A stretch of DNA of 52,498 nucleotides, taken from IMG/VR virus record IMGVR_UViG_3300032156_000014, positions 1-52,498 of that record, one strand, 5' to 3'. Both the position numbers and the translations under genes were made by a program. Source of the DNA: a virus (lineage: Duplodnaviria > Caudoviricetes). Of this stretch, positions 19,101 through 27,624 are shown piece by piece. The notes under the pieces were generated by a model. That model was not told where the DNA came from and did not search any database. It was given only the letters and a program-made list of their open reading frames with translations. Position 1 is the stretch's first letter, and every line of letters begins with the position of its first letter.

Positions 19101-19396
19101 ACAAGATCGGTGCTGCCCCCGTCCCATTTCAGTCTATCTGTATAAGCCGTGTTCCAATTTGCCGAGTTATTGGTTATTGAACCAAGCCACGCACCGCCAT
19201 CCGATAGGGCAATTCCTGCTGCAGGATAAGTCATCCCTGCTCCACCGTCCGTTATTCCATAACCGGCTAACGTTGTTGGTGTGTCTGTAATCGTTGACCA
19301 TGCCTGATCATGTGCAGCGACACCACCGGTAGGAAGTGCTACATATTCCTCATATCCGTTCTTGGTTACTGTCTTAATATATTGAGTGTCTGCCAT
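16157..19396 (-). CDS. Tail fibre / receptor-binding protein
   Basis: 1079 aa, G/T/S/N-rich, PTTLAGYGITD, repeated G.VGI.T..P...LDV.G units. Confidence 0.85.
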   Translation of the reverse strand: MADTQYIKTVTKNGYEEYVALPTGGVAAHDQAWSTITDTPTTLAGYGITDGGAGMTYPAAGIALSDGGAWLGSITNNSANWNTAYTDRLKWDGGSTDLVAATGRTSLGATTAGASLFMLANPGAITFLRVNADNSVSALSAVNFKGALSLENVTNESKATMFATPTLTGSVTITNAGESDINYIDTTNTQNWQVGTNAVGYYIYETGVDYRLVVKKTTGYVGINTSAPGGALDVRGALSLFGTSQGQSYFYDDTLNFGYADNANHLGYINYVGYNNGITQFRDLAICDGKHNIFAFFDGSSGRVGVGITVPDYKFDVTGDIAVGGVGNHLYFDTTGVRGGCSLYVDNDYWLNLFCNRGTSSKIVLKNTPAISFETGGSARMTLSDAGLSIGTTAPNFQMQLHGSGASYFQITKAGTGSAATDGTIMGYDGGAGDYTFYIRQRENAAMCFYTNDTERITIQSDGWIAVNKTTAYEVLDVYGNIACSNELTFDTTTNATANGYINYHGYQGGNSQYRNLYVYNGKGSAVAYFDGAASTFVIGTVGVTFGGSNEMWYRGTAVDDAAIYINHRGYNDTYSNFRDLRIGDGKGNPILYIDGSTGFTRNYGFTSGWNSGSGWMIDTSGNAEFNNVLVRGGMQVYEMIINQLHYQNGGLVIGAGAGKVKSVYSSTVGSEQLYFETPEGTAMSPFSAGAIVIVWRVDINRSTVVKKIVRQVSAIQGDQRVDMTTTTGWTTGSDVGVFEAGDEVCTIGHTSTASLQNSIYFSAIDTDNPFMRIYSGVSSWAKWSLTDKTTIRVQLGNLASLASYDIVPASPGYGLYCDNVYLKGKIEASSGKIGTWNINSTSIYTGTEDHSAYTGAAGDLTIYSDGSDASIHGYNFYIDTGGNLYAKGGTIGGFSLSATQIYYGSGSSRVELNSGGFMCGGEATSAASFVADQLGRVKVTTLIYAYQVDNTVYISHDALAETNATSATKMKTITMGSYLIGDKTIRVKFTLEAKVYSGVYVYAQIYVNGTAVGTLRSTNSAGGTEYSEDITGVSSGESIQLYAYTASSGTYAEVYNFRVCGSHITPVNEASGSSISTP

Positions 19397-19399
19397 GGG

Positions 19400-21415
19400 T
19401 TATTGCTTTAAGGGAAGTTCTAACTCAGTTTTAAAACCGTCACTGATCACTTTTTGTAAAAAGAAATAATTATCAATATCCTTAATTGTGATTTTGTATG
19501 TTGGCCTGAACCCTTCATTTGCAGCAACCGCAATGACCGTAAAAAACTGCATCAAAAACGTAGGACTTGTCTTTATCTTAGCAGTCAATATCTTTCCCTT
19601 ATCTATATAATGAAAGAACTTCATCCAATAAGTTGTGTAAAGAGTCGCGAAGTCCAGCCCCTGAATCTTTGGATAATTGGATTGAGTATCGGTATCGTAG
19701 TACCATGTAAACCCGGCTGTCAGTCCCTTCCATTCCACGATGCGGGTATTGAATCCCACCTTACGGTCAAAGATCATAAAGGGTGATACGAGTTCGGAAT
19801 TAAGTATCCGCGGAACGGCTGTTGATGTATCGCCGATAGTATGATTATAACCTGTTATAAGCGACGAGAAAGGATGTTCTCGTATATCCTCCCCTTTCTT
19901 TGTGTAAATGCTTGTGAGGGTAATATCCTTTGAGCCGGGACCAATAGAATAAAGCTTGAGATAATCTTTATAAGCCAGGTCCGAGGTATCCTCCTTCCAT
20001 TTTAACCGGATAGTCTTGTTATAATTCTGAGAAATGATCTCAGTGTTTATGCTTTCAAAGGCCACGTAAGAAGTAAGGTTAACAACCGTGGAAGAAAGAA
20101 ATGAATCCCATGGCTCAATATAGATTGTCCGTTTCATCTTATCGAACCAAAAACGAAGATTGAAAATATCCCTTATTGCAGCAAGGAAATCAATTTGTGT
20201 CATATCCGGCAGCATCTCTTCCAGACTTATATTCTTATTTAACCCCGGATATTTATTTGCATTCCCCCATGTAGTATAAAGGCGGGTAGTATCAATTGCA
20301 AAGTTCATGGTAATTGTCTTAGTCACCCCTGTATTGGTAAGATTCTGGGTCATATAGCGTGTGGCAAATACCTTATCCCCGGCTGTCAGATGAACATAAC
20401 CTGTGCTTATTGTGTAATTTGTATTAAGAAATATATTTGCAGCCACGTAATTAGTTGTTTGAGTCGCTAATGTTATCGTCGTGACGCCTGTTGTTTTTTT
20501 AATGGCAATAATCAGCTGTTGAGAATTGATTGTTATTCCTACGGGCATTGTGGTTGTTGGCCGGGCAACAAATGTAAAATGATAAGTCCCTGTTTCCGGT
20601 ACTACATACCAGTTATTAGGGCCACTATAATCTGATCCCTCATCGGTTCCTTCATTAAGATCAATATTACCATCAGTAAGAGTGAAATCTTTGGTAACTC
20701 CATTATCAATAGTGTCGCTGAATTGATTATCTGAAGCTGTCTGGACATTCATATCAAAAGCTTTGTCCTTTATAAAGTCGTCATCAGCCACGAACTCGCG
20801 GCACAGGATAAACAGATCCTTAACAAATGAAGTTGCTATCCATGCGGAACTGATAGTATAAGGGGAGAGTATCTTATTTATTAGTGTCACTATACTGACC
20901 ATTGGAATAAAATCTGTAGGATACCATTTGGCTGTCGATCCTGATTCGCCACTTTGCAACCCGCCAAAATAGATCATAGGATAACGGTATGCAGGATATG
21001 CAGCCGACCAGCTATTTTCGACGTTGGTATGGGTAAGCGCATGATCATGTGCCGATAGATCAAGAGCGGTCATTTTCAGGTCTTTCAGGGCATTGATCCA
21101 GTCATCGGAGTCTATTATAACTTTTGCGAAATAATCAGAGATACTTTGAACGGATACTGTCCCGGAGATGATAAGTTGCTCGCCTATATAAAGCCTTCCT
21201 GTTGCTGACGGTTCACTCTTGACATCTACCTGAGAAATAAATTTTAATAATTTCTTATTTGTGCGGGTCAATGGAAGGTTAAGGGTGAATGATTTATTGC
21301 AATTACCAAAGCCCATGTTCCGGATGTCGCCAATGGAAAACATGACATTGAACGGCTCGTTAAAATCAGCTTGATCCGATCCTATATATAATTTAATATT
21401 CGTATTCAATGTCAA
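19400..21415 (-). CDS. Tail tip / baseplate hub protein
   Basis: FSIGDIRN..SFTLNLP.T..N, LPDMTQIDFL..I...FNL, IEPWD patterns. Confidence 0.7.
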   Translation of the reverse strand: MTLNTNIKLYIGSDQADFNEPFNVMFSIGDIRNMGFGNCNKSFTLNLPLTRTNKKLLKFISQVDVKSEPSATGRLYIGEQLIISGTVSVQSISDYFAKVIIDSDDWINALKDLKMTALDLSAHDHALTHTNVENSWSAAYPAYRYPMIYFGGLQSGESGSTAKWYPTDFIPMVSIVTLINKILSPYTISSAWIATSFVKDLFILCREFVADDDFIKDKAFDMNVQTASDNQFSDTIDNGVTKDFTLTDGNIDLNEGTDEGSDYSGPNNWYVVPETGTYHFTFVARPTTTMPVGITINSQQLIIAIKKTTGVTTITLATQTTNYVAANIFLNTNYTISTGYVHLTAGDKVFATRYMTQNLTNTGVTKTITMNFAIDTTRLYTTWGNANKYPGLNKNISLEEMLPDMTQIDFLAAIRDIFNLRFWFDKMKRTIYIEPWDSFLSSTVVNLTSYVAFESINTEIISQNYNKTIRLKWKEDTSDLAYKDYLKLYSIGPGSKDITLTSIYTKKGEDIREHPFSSLITGYNHTIGDTSTAVPRILNSELVSPFMIFDRKVGFNTRIVEWKGLTAGFTWYYDTDTQSNYPKIQGLDFATLYTTYWMKFFHYIDKGKILTAKIKTSPTFLMQFFTVIAVAANEGFRPTYKITIKDIDNYFFLQKVISDGFKTELELPLKQ

Positions 21416-22487
21416 TCTGATTAGTAAACATATCGGAATTACTGATCTTTACAGTGTCGGTTAATACCGTCACTTCTGTCGGTGTGGCATAGGAGGCTTC
21501 CAGTTTTTTAACAGTATCAGAGATTAATAGGCTCTTTAGGTAGTCAGCATTGTTAATATCGTTAAACCTGGTTTCAAGTTTCTGACGGTTAATCCCGGTA
21601 AATGAAATTCCTTTACGATTCTTTTTTGCTGCCGTATAATATTCCCTGATGGTAGCAAACTCAATATTTTTCATCCCTTCAAATGAGAGATATTCCTTTC
21701 CCCCCAGCAATCCGTCATATTCCAATACTGTCCGCGCGTCATTTTCAGTAGTATCGACCCTTATCGTTATGATCTCTGAGATCTTTGCTCCCCCGGCTAT
21801 TCCTATCTGTATTTTCAGGTCTGTGACCACAGAAGCCATCAGCTCGTCTATGTTTATTATTATCGCTCCCCAGCAATCAGTGACGGTAAAATGCTGCGCA
21901 TGATCATACGCCCCGCTGTCTTTTGAATAGAATAGTTCAAGTTCGCCTGCCTCTGCTGTAAAAAACACGAGCCATAACTCATAAGGAACAGCGGTATAGA
22001 ATTTTGTTATATTATTTCTTAATGTCTTATTCGCGAACAGACAAGTTGAATCATGCAATACGAGTTTAGTAAATGCCGTTCCGTCACCTTTGGCGGGTAC
22101 GAACCTGTAAGTGGTGCCGAAAGCATTATTTGTGTCGCCTGTCTGAGTGGCCCCGGCTGCATCCTCATATACCTCGGTAAAAAGAATAGTATAAGCCACA
22201 AGAGGGCTGCCATCAGTGGCAGAAGTATATTTAACATAAACCCCTGTGTTTCTTGCAAACGACAAACCTGTAACCAGCGACTTGAGGATGTCTGCAAAAT
22301 CAAATATATTAAGATTTTTAGGTTTTTCAACAGTCGCAACAATAACAGCAGAAACAGTTATCTCAGCCCTCACCCTTAAATTAACTATATCGTATGGAGG
22401 GGTTATATCTTCAACCAAAGAAGTCGTGACGTTGTAGGCTCCTGAGTTAGAGATTGCTGCGGGATATGTATTACAAGTTAAGGCCAT
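21393..22487 (-). CDS. Distal tail / structural protein
   Basis: Beta-rich; C-terminal GG.EYLSF...LKSLLISD; position. Confidence 0.6.
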   Translation of the reverse strand: MALTCNTYPAAISNSGAYNVTTSLVEDITPPYDIVNLRVRAEITVSAVIVATVEKPKNLNIFDFADILKSLVTGLSFARNTGVYVKYTSATDGSPLVAYTILFTEVYEDAAGATQTGDTNNAFGTTYRFVPAKGDGTAFTKLVLHDSTCLFANKTLRNNITKFYTAVPYELWLVFFTAEAGELELFYSKDSGAYDHAQHFTVTDCWGAIIINIDELMASVVTDLKIQIGIAGGAKISEIITIRVDTTENDARTVLEYDGLLGGKEYLSFEGMKNIEFATIREYYTAAKKNRKGISFTGINRQKLETRFNDINNADYLKSLLISDTVKKLEASYATPTEVTVLTDTVKISNSDMFTNQIDIEYEY

Positions 22488-22494
22488 TTTATAA

Positions 22495-23055
22495 TTAACT
22501 TTTAGAGAGTTCTATTTGCCATTGCGCCAGAAAAACATCAAGATTCACTTTCAGAAACTCATGGGACATCCCTCTGACAGCTTCAGTGATCTTATCTTCG
22601 TTATTCTTAAATGCTTCTTCAACCCAATCTTTGCGCTTGCCACTACTGGAATACCTGTAACTTCCCGGGGTCGGCATCCCTGATCTCTTTTGAACAGTTG
22701 CTATCGCAAAGGCAACACTCAGGCTTTTTTTCGGGTCCGTTATTCCCATCTTCCACTGTGCATATCTCTGAAGGGCCTCAATGTACTTACTTACCCCACC
22801 CCTGCCCGATCGTCCTGAATACGGGATCTTGTGTTCCGGTGTTCCGGATGCAATGATATTGCCGTAAAAAGGCATATATCCTGAGAGCGTCAGGGTATCA
22901 ACGGTCTGCTTTATCTTATACTCAATCTCTTTATAGACGGCGCCAGTCATCTTATGACCCTGGGCCTCCCATTCATCCATCAGGGCTTCATTGAGTATAT
23001 TCTCAAGTTTCTCTACCTCGTTGAAAGTAATACTATCCACTGCAATAGGCTTCAA
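22495..23055 (-). CDS. Tail completion protein (HK97 gp10-like)
   Basis: TG..., SVAFAIA...G.PT motifs; position. Confidence 0.6.
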   Translation of the reverse strand: MKPIAVDSITFNEVEKLENILNEALMDEWEAQGHKMTGAVYKEIEYKIKQTVDTLTLSGYMPFYGNIIASGTPEHKIPYSGRSGRGGVSKYIEALQRYAQWKMGITDPKKSLSVAFAIATVQKRSGMPTPGSYRYSSSGKRKDWVEEAFKNNEDKITEAVRGMSHEFLKVNLDVFLAQWQIELSKS

Positions 23056-23467
23056 TTATAATCTTCGGGTACATTATTCCAATCTCTTTATCTGCAGAGT
23101 TCTCTCCTTCATGCAGATACACACCTTTTATATTGTCAATATTGACTATCTTAACATTGCTCAATGCATTGATTTTGTTCAGGTAAGTATCAAAATACCC
23201 TTCAATTGTGTCCCAAACGGTTATCCTGCTCTGCGTGTCAGGGTCAAATTTCTGAACGGCAAAGGCTGTGAGAGTCAATATCTTCTTGATCTGAATAGTC
23301 GTGCTCCGGTTATCTTTTTCAAATGGAGCCCCGTCCATAGCCCAGAGTACGTAAGGATAGGTCTTTTCACGTTGCGAGTTAAAGTACAGCGATGAGTCCA
23401 TAACTATCTTTCCGAAGCTAGTCCCGGCGATTGATTCGAGAAGTGTTTGCAGTGCAGCAAGTGTCAT
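23033..23467 (-). CDS. Tail terminator-like protein
   Basis: Size, YPYV motif, position. Confidence 0.55.
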   Translation of the reverse strand: MTLAALQTLLESIAGTSFGKIVMDSSLYFNSQREKTYPYVLWAMDGAPFEKDNRSTTIQIKKILTLTAFAVQKFDPDTQSRITVWDTIEGYFDTYLNKINALSNVKIVNIDNIKGVYLHEGENSADKEIGIMYPKIIIEAYCSG

Positions 23468-23605
23468 GTCAATTTCTTTTCAAGTTTAATCTTAAGTTTC
23501 TTAAGGAATACCCTGCCGGCATTCCTTAACTCACAGTCACAAAGAGCAATGAGCAGATGGTCAATTAATTTGATCTGGGCTCTTGTCTCAATATTCTTTT
23601 TTTCA

Positions 23606-23843
23606 TTACCTGTCATCCCTGGTTCGCTTAAAAGCTAGAAAATCGTAGAACTCATAAATACCTATCTGTTCAACCTCCTTTATTTTATCAATAGTCTCTG
23701 CCAGTTCATATATCAGCCCGCGGCTGCCATATCGCGATAAGTCCGGGCCGCCGACACGGTTTCCTGAAGTGTTTTTGGGAGGCTTCCAAATAATCGAATA
23801 GCTGTTGAATAATCTGGAAGCTGTCTCAGAGTGTAAAAAAAAA
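23606..23843 (-). CDS. -1 frameshift extension (gpGT-like) of the tail assembly chaperone
   Basis: Entered through the T9 slippery run at 23835-23843; encodes ...YGSRGLIYELA...EFYDFLAF. Confidence 0.65.
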
Positions 23844-24510
23844 CCGTCCACACTGTTGACATTGATACTCTCATGAACAGATCCTTGCGCCGGAGGACCA
23901 TCTTCTCATCATACTTCTCTTTTCGCCTCCGGCAATATATCGCCATGAAATATACCAGGCGGTTAACGTCATCACGAGAAATCTTAATGCCACGGAATAT
24001 ATCAGAGGCTTCCGAGTAAGCAACGATAGTTTCTTTTTTCAACGGTATGTCCTGCTCCATGATACGCACAGTCTCCGGCAGATAATATCTTCGGAGCCCT
24101 ATCCGGAATTCCTTAATATTCTCAGGCTGGTATTTTCTCAGCTTCCCCATGAAGCTGATTACAGGTATATGGTATATAAGGCTGGCTACGAAAGGCTTGA
24201 AATAAAAATCATACAGTTCATGCACCTGTTCCCCTGTTAATACCACACTTGCCGGGATATTTGAAAGACAGGTGATGACTTCACGGTAATAAGCAGGGAA
24301 TTCTTCATGTATCTGCTTATCTGTGAGCTTGCTGACCTCTTCTGCATATTCTTTGATATTTTCGACCGTGAACTTCCCGTCAGCAATGATATAGGCCTCA
24401 TACCCTTCAGGCATAGGAATAGCAGCGAGAGCGCAGAACTGCTTCAGGGTTATGTCTTTCCAACTATAGACACCCCTGTATTTACGTCGGTTAATCTTAA
24501 TGGTTATCAT
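23713..24510 (-). CDS. Tail assembly chaperone (gpG-like)
   Basis: SWKDITLKQF N-terminus, MAIYCR...EKYDE, VFF at the slippery site. Confidence 0.65.
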   Translation of the reverse strand: MITIKINRRKYRGVYSWKDITLKQFCALAAIPMPEGYEAYIIADGKFTVENIKEYAEEVSKLTDKQIHEEFPAYYREVITCLSNIPASVVLTGEQVHELYDFYFKPFVASLIYHIPVISFMGKLRKYQPENIKEFRIGLRRYYLPETVRIMEQDIPLKKETIVAYSEASDIFRGIKISRDDVNRLVYFMAIYCRRRKEKYDEKMVLRRKDLFMRVSMSTVWTVFFYTLRQLPDYSTAIRLFGSLPKTLQETVSAARTYRDMAAAG

Positions 24511-24707
24511 CTCAACATCCTTTCAAATTGACTGGCAAAGACCTTTAGTTCATTATGGAACACGTAAAAATGGAGATAAGGATGGCCCCTTGCCTTTGCG
24601 AAAGACTCCAACTCTGCAAGCTTATCGATGATCTTATCAGTGTCAGATATTATCTCTTCGCCTCGCTGCCGGATATCTTTCTTTATCGATAGCCGTTTTT
24701 CAGCCAT
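24507..24707 (-). CDS. Hypothetical protein
   Basis: Tightly packed co-oriented ORF. Confidence 0.55.
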   Translation of the reverse strand: MAEKRLSIKKDIRQRGEEIISDTDKIIDKLAELESFAKARGHPYLHFYVFHNELKVFASQFERMLR

Positions 24708-24708
24708 C

Positions 24709-25050
24709 TCATGACGATATCTGTGACTTAATCTTATAGCAATGCAAGGTCCCGGATGTGAGTTTTATGTTCGTGATGATATACCCATCAACCCGGTAGA
24801 ACTTTGCAAGCAGAGGATCCGTGAGTGTCGTCAATAAGATAGCTCCCAGGTCAACCTCTGCAGCTGTTATCTGTGCAAGCGTCGCCACACTGGTTTTCAA
24901 AGGAATCCCTTTCAGCACCGACAGGACCGCCCCACCAGAAGCATCAAAGCCAAAGAATTGCTTGTTTGTCACTGCCGTTGTGCCGGTAATATCAAATGTC
25001 CCTCCCCTGGCCACAATCTCATCAGTCTGACTGTCATAATTTGCATACAT
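24709..25050 (-). CDS. Small virion structural protein
   Basis: Beta-rich, ITNIKLTSG C-terminus. Confidence 0.55.
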   Translation of the reverse strand: MYANYDSQTDEIVARGGTFDITGTTAVTNKQFFGFDASGGAVLSVLKGIPLKTSVATLAQITAAEVDLGAILLTTLTDPLLAKFYRVDGYIITNIKLTSGTLHCYKIKSQISS

Positions 25051-25079
25051 AATTTCAGTTATTAATTAATGTTTCTATC

Positions 25080-25931
25080 CTAAATTACTCTCATCCATCT
25101 TAAAATTGCACCCGCCTTTGCTGTGATAGCCGAACTTGCTACTTCTGAAGCAAACCGGGCTATAACATTTCCATTTCCTGAAGGCTGAATTATGCCCCAG
25201 ATAGTCGTCACGCTACCTACTGCTAAAGACGTAGAATTACTGGCTGCCGGAATATCATAAGCATTGGAATTATTAATAGTTGTTGTTGTAGCTGCCAAAG
25301 TACATTCACTTCTATAAGCAAGTTGGGTAGGTGATCCTGGCCCGTTTATAGCCCATCTTGATCCAGTAGTGGTAGCTTGTGCCGTATAAGGTATCAAAAA
25401 CTCAAACCAATAAGTCTCTCCTGCAGTTACGGGGAATGATAATCCAGTCACGTCTGCTATTGTATTAGCAACAGCATTATTATTCACCACATCTGCCGCC
25501 AAAACAACCACATTTAGTGCATTAATGGCCGCATTATTTGCACCCAGCATCTGGCTTTGTTTGATAGCTCCGGCAATCGTAGCAACGGTAAAACCAGATT
25601 TGTCGCTATACTGGAGCATTTCACCAGTTGCTAATATCCCTTTCCAAAGAATATATTCATTTGCATTTGCATCTAACTTTAAAGTTACCGTTGCGTTGAC
25701 AGTATCCTTATTATAGATAGCCAGAAAATCAATGATCCTCTGAGTGCTGTCAGCCGGACTTCCGACAATATCCACATTAGTTGTATTGTTAGTATTTGTG
25801 AGCGTCCGTCCCGGAGTGAATGCTGTAATCGTTATATCACGCCAAAATGCAGAACATTGCAGCTGGTCAGTTGTAATATTACCAGCTAATACCGCCTGTA
25901 GTTTATCTGTTGTTTCAGTTAAGATTATCAT
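25080..25931 (-). CDS. Virion structural / fibre-like protein
   Basis: T/A/N-rich beta protein; VTGLSFPV..GETY.F C-domain. Confidence 0.6.
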   Translation of the reverse strand: MIILTETTDKLQAVLAGNITTDQLQCSAFWRDITITAFTPGRTLTNTNNTTNVDIVGSPADSTQRIIDFLAIYNKDTVNATVTLKLDANANEYILWKGILATGEMLQYSDKSGFTVATIAGAIKQSQMLGANNAAINALNVVVLAADVVNNNAVANTIADVTGLSFPVTAGETYWFEFLIPYTAQATTTGSRWAINGPGSPTQLAYRSECTLAATTTTINNSNAYDIPAASNSTSLAVGSVTTIWGIIQPSGNGNVIARFASEVASSAITAKAGAILRWMRVI

Positions 25932-26287
25932 AATTGTCTTGATAATATTTGCGCTTGCGTTAAACCTCCTGATGGATCATTCCATTTTGTATCATAATTA
26001 TCGTTTGAATTTTTTATTAATACCTGGTTAATAGTTCCACCTGTAGGTACCCCAACTCCGGGACTTCCTTGTATCCCCTGTATTCCTTGGATGCCTTGCG
26101 CCCCGTCAACATAATCCACGCCCTTAACCGGAGTTTTACCGTCAATCCCGTATTTCTCTTCGACTGTAACCGCTATATTAATGCTTTCGTCAACAACAGA
26201 TATAGAAACATCATCAATATTCTCATTGACTGAAATGGCTGTATTGTCAATAATCTCCTCAATTGTTATGTTTACAAAACCACTCAT
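25928..26287 (-). CDS. Short collagen-like fibre protein
   Basis: GKTPVKGVDY, (GIQ)n, GVPTGG..QVL.K. Confidence 0.7.
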   Translation of the reverse strand: MSGFVNITIEEIIDNTAISVNENIDDVSISVVDESINIAVTVEEKYGIDGKTPVKGVDYVDGAQGIQGIQGIQGSPGVGVPTGGTINQVLIKNSNDNYDTKWNDPSGGLTQAQILSRQL

Positions 26288-26586
26288 AGTATGTTCCAGC
26301 TACCTCGTATAAATGTTTTCACTATTCCTGTTGAACTCTTTATTGTTATGCCATAGGTAAGATTTCCTGGATTCCAATTTATAACCTGCTGGTCAATGAC
26401 AAATACCCAATTCACAGCATCGGTTATTGTTATTCCTGATCCAGACCTCAGTATGTCACCCCTGTTTGTTTTGAGTTCAACTTTTACCAGCGTCCCCGGA
26501 GGATGAGTGTTAAAAGTAAATGTCTTGGCATTTAGGGAGTCGCCTGATTTCAAGTCCGGGAAATTATATGTACCGTAATCTGCCAT
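26284..26586 (-). CDS. Ig-like/BppU-like structural protein
   Basis: KSGDS..., Y.I.I...G.VKTF..G. Confidence 0.55.
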   Translation of the reverse strand: MADYGTYNFPDLKSGDSLNAKTFTFNTHPPGTLVKVELKTNRGDILRSGSGITITDAVNWVFVIDQQVINWNPGNLTYGITIKSSTGIVKTFIRGSWNIL

Positions 26587-26589
26587 TGT

Positions 26590-27207
26590 TTATATTCCAA
26601 AAGCATTTATATTCCAAAGAGGCGTAAAAACCCATTCAGTGTAAGTGGCCTTATTCGCGTACAGGAAGTTGTAAGCCGAAGGATCCATGTTGAAAGTATC
26701 CGGTAAGTCATCAGCAAGGACAGGATGCAGAAAATAGCTTTTATACTCAGGGGGTATCTTTCCATAAAGCTCTCTCATCCGGTTCCAGACATCACATAAT
26801 TTAAACGTAGGGTTAGCTTTCTCCCAATCTTTACCCTTTGGAAGCACGGTAAGGGCTTTGCCATGTAACTCAACAAGATGACGCTCGACATATTTGTAAA
26901 AGACATAATATGCTATAAGCGAAATCTTTGCAGAGTTCTTCAGCCCTTCCCATTTAAGTGTATAGCTTTTTCCTAAGAATATATGAGTGAATTCCTTGCC
27001 GTCAACCAGGTCAATATATTTCTGGGTAACGGGTATGCCTCCCTCTCCGGTACAATCGGCAATAAGAGCCGTATAAAGCGGATACCCAAGTAATTTGACA
27101 AGCACTTCTTTCTCATACTGAGTGATTGCCTGGGATAATTGAGTATCCGTAGATGCACCAGGAATAAGGATCTCTCCTGTGAAATATGTACTGTCAATAA
27201 AGGCCAT
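26590..27207 (-). CDS. Head-tail connector / adaptor
   Basis: FIDSTYF.GE, YE..L..LLG..LY, IAYYVF; position after the capsid genes. Confidence 0.6.
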   Translation of the reverse strand: MAFIDSTYFTGEILIPGASTDTQLSQAITQYEKEVLVKLLGYPLYTALIADCTGEGGIPVTQKYIDLVDGKEFTHIFLGKSYTLKWEGLKNSAKISLIAYYVFYKYVERHLVELHGKALTVLPKGKDWEKANPTFKLCDVWNRMRELYGKIPPEYKSYFLHPVLADDLPDTFNMDPSAYNFLYANKATYTEWVFTPLWNINAFGI

Positions 27208-27212
27208 CAGCG

Positions 27213-27623
27213 TTATTTCTTAGCTTTCCGTACTGCTTTCTTCGCTGCAGGCTTTTTGCCTTTCTTAGCTTTCGACTTAATAGCACTTTTTGCCAGCTTA
27301 ACCTTTTCAAGCTCAGCCTTCTTCTCGGCTTCAAGGCGCTCCCTTTCTGCTACCCCTGCCTTCTCTTTCTCTTCTTTCTCAAGGCGTTCAGCCTCTAACC
27401 TGGCCTGTTCATCAGCATCATTCCCCTCATTTGCTCTCTGTTCATCCGTGCTTTCACCCGCAGACGCATCTCCCTGCTGTCCAGATTCGCCTGAAGTGGA
27501 TGCAGGGATTTCTCCCTGCTCCTGTTCTTCAGTATCTTCAAAGGGAGTTGCGGAACCCTTTTTTAAGAGGATCTCCGCAATCTTCCCATGAAGTCTCTTT
27601 CCTGTCTTAGAAATAACTTCCAT
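27213..27623 (-). CDS. Low-complexity protein (acidic middle, Lys/Ala-rich histone-H1-like tail)
   Basis: Composition. Confidence 0.65.
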   Translation of the reverse strand: MEVISKTGKRLHGKIAEILLKKGSATPFEDTEEQEQGEIPASTSGESGQQGDASAGESTDEQRANEGNDADEQARLEAERLEKEEKEKAGVAERERLEAEKKAELEKVKLAKSAIKSKAKKGKKPAAKKAVRKAKK

Positions 27624-27624
27624 G

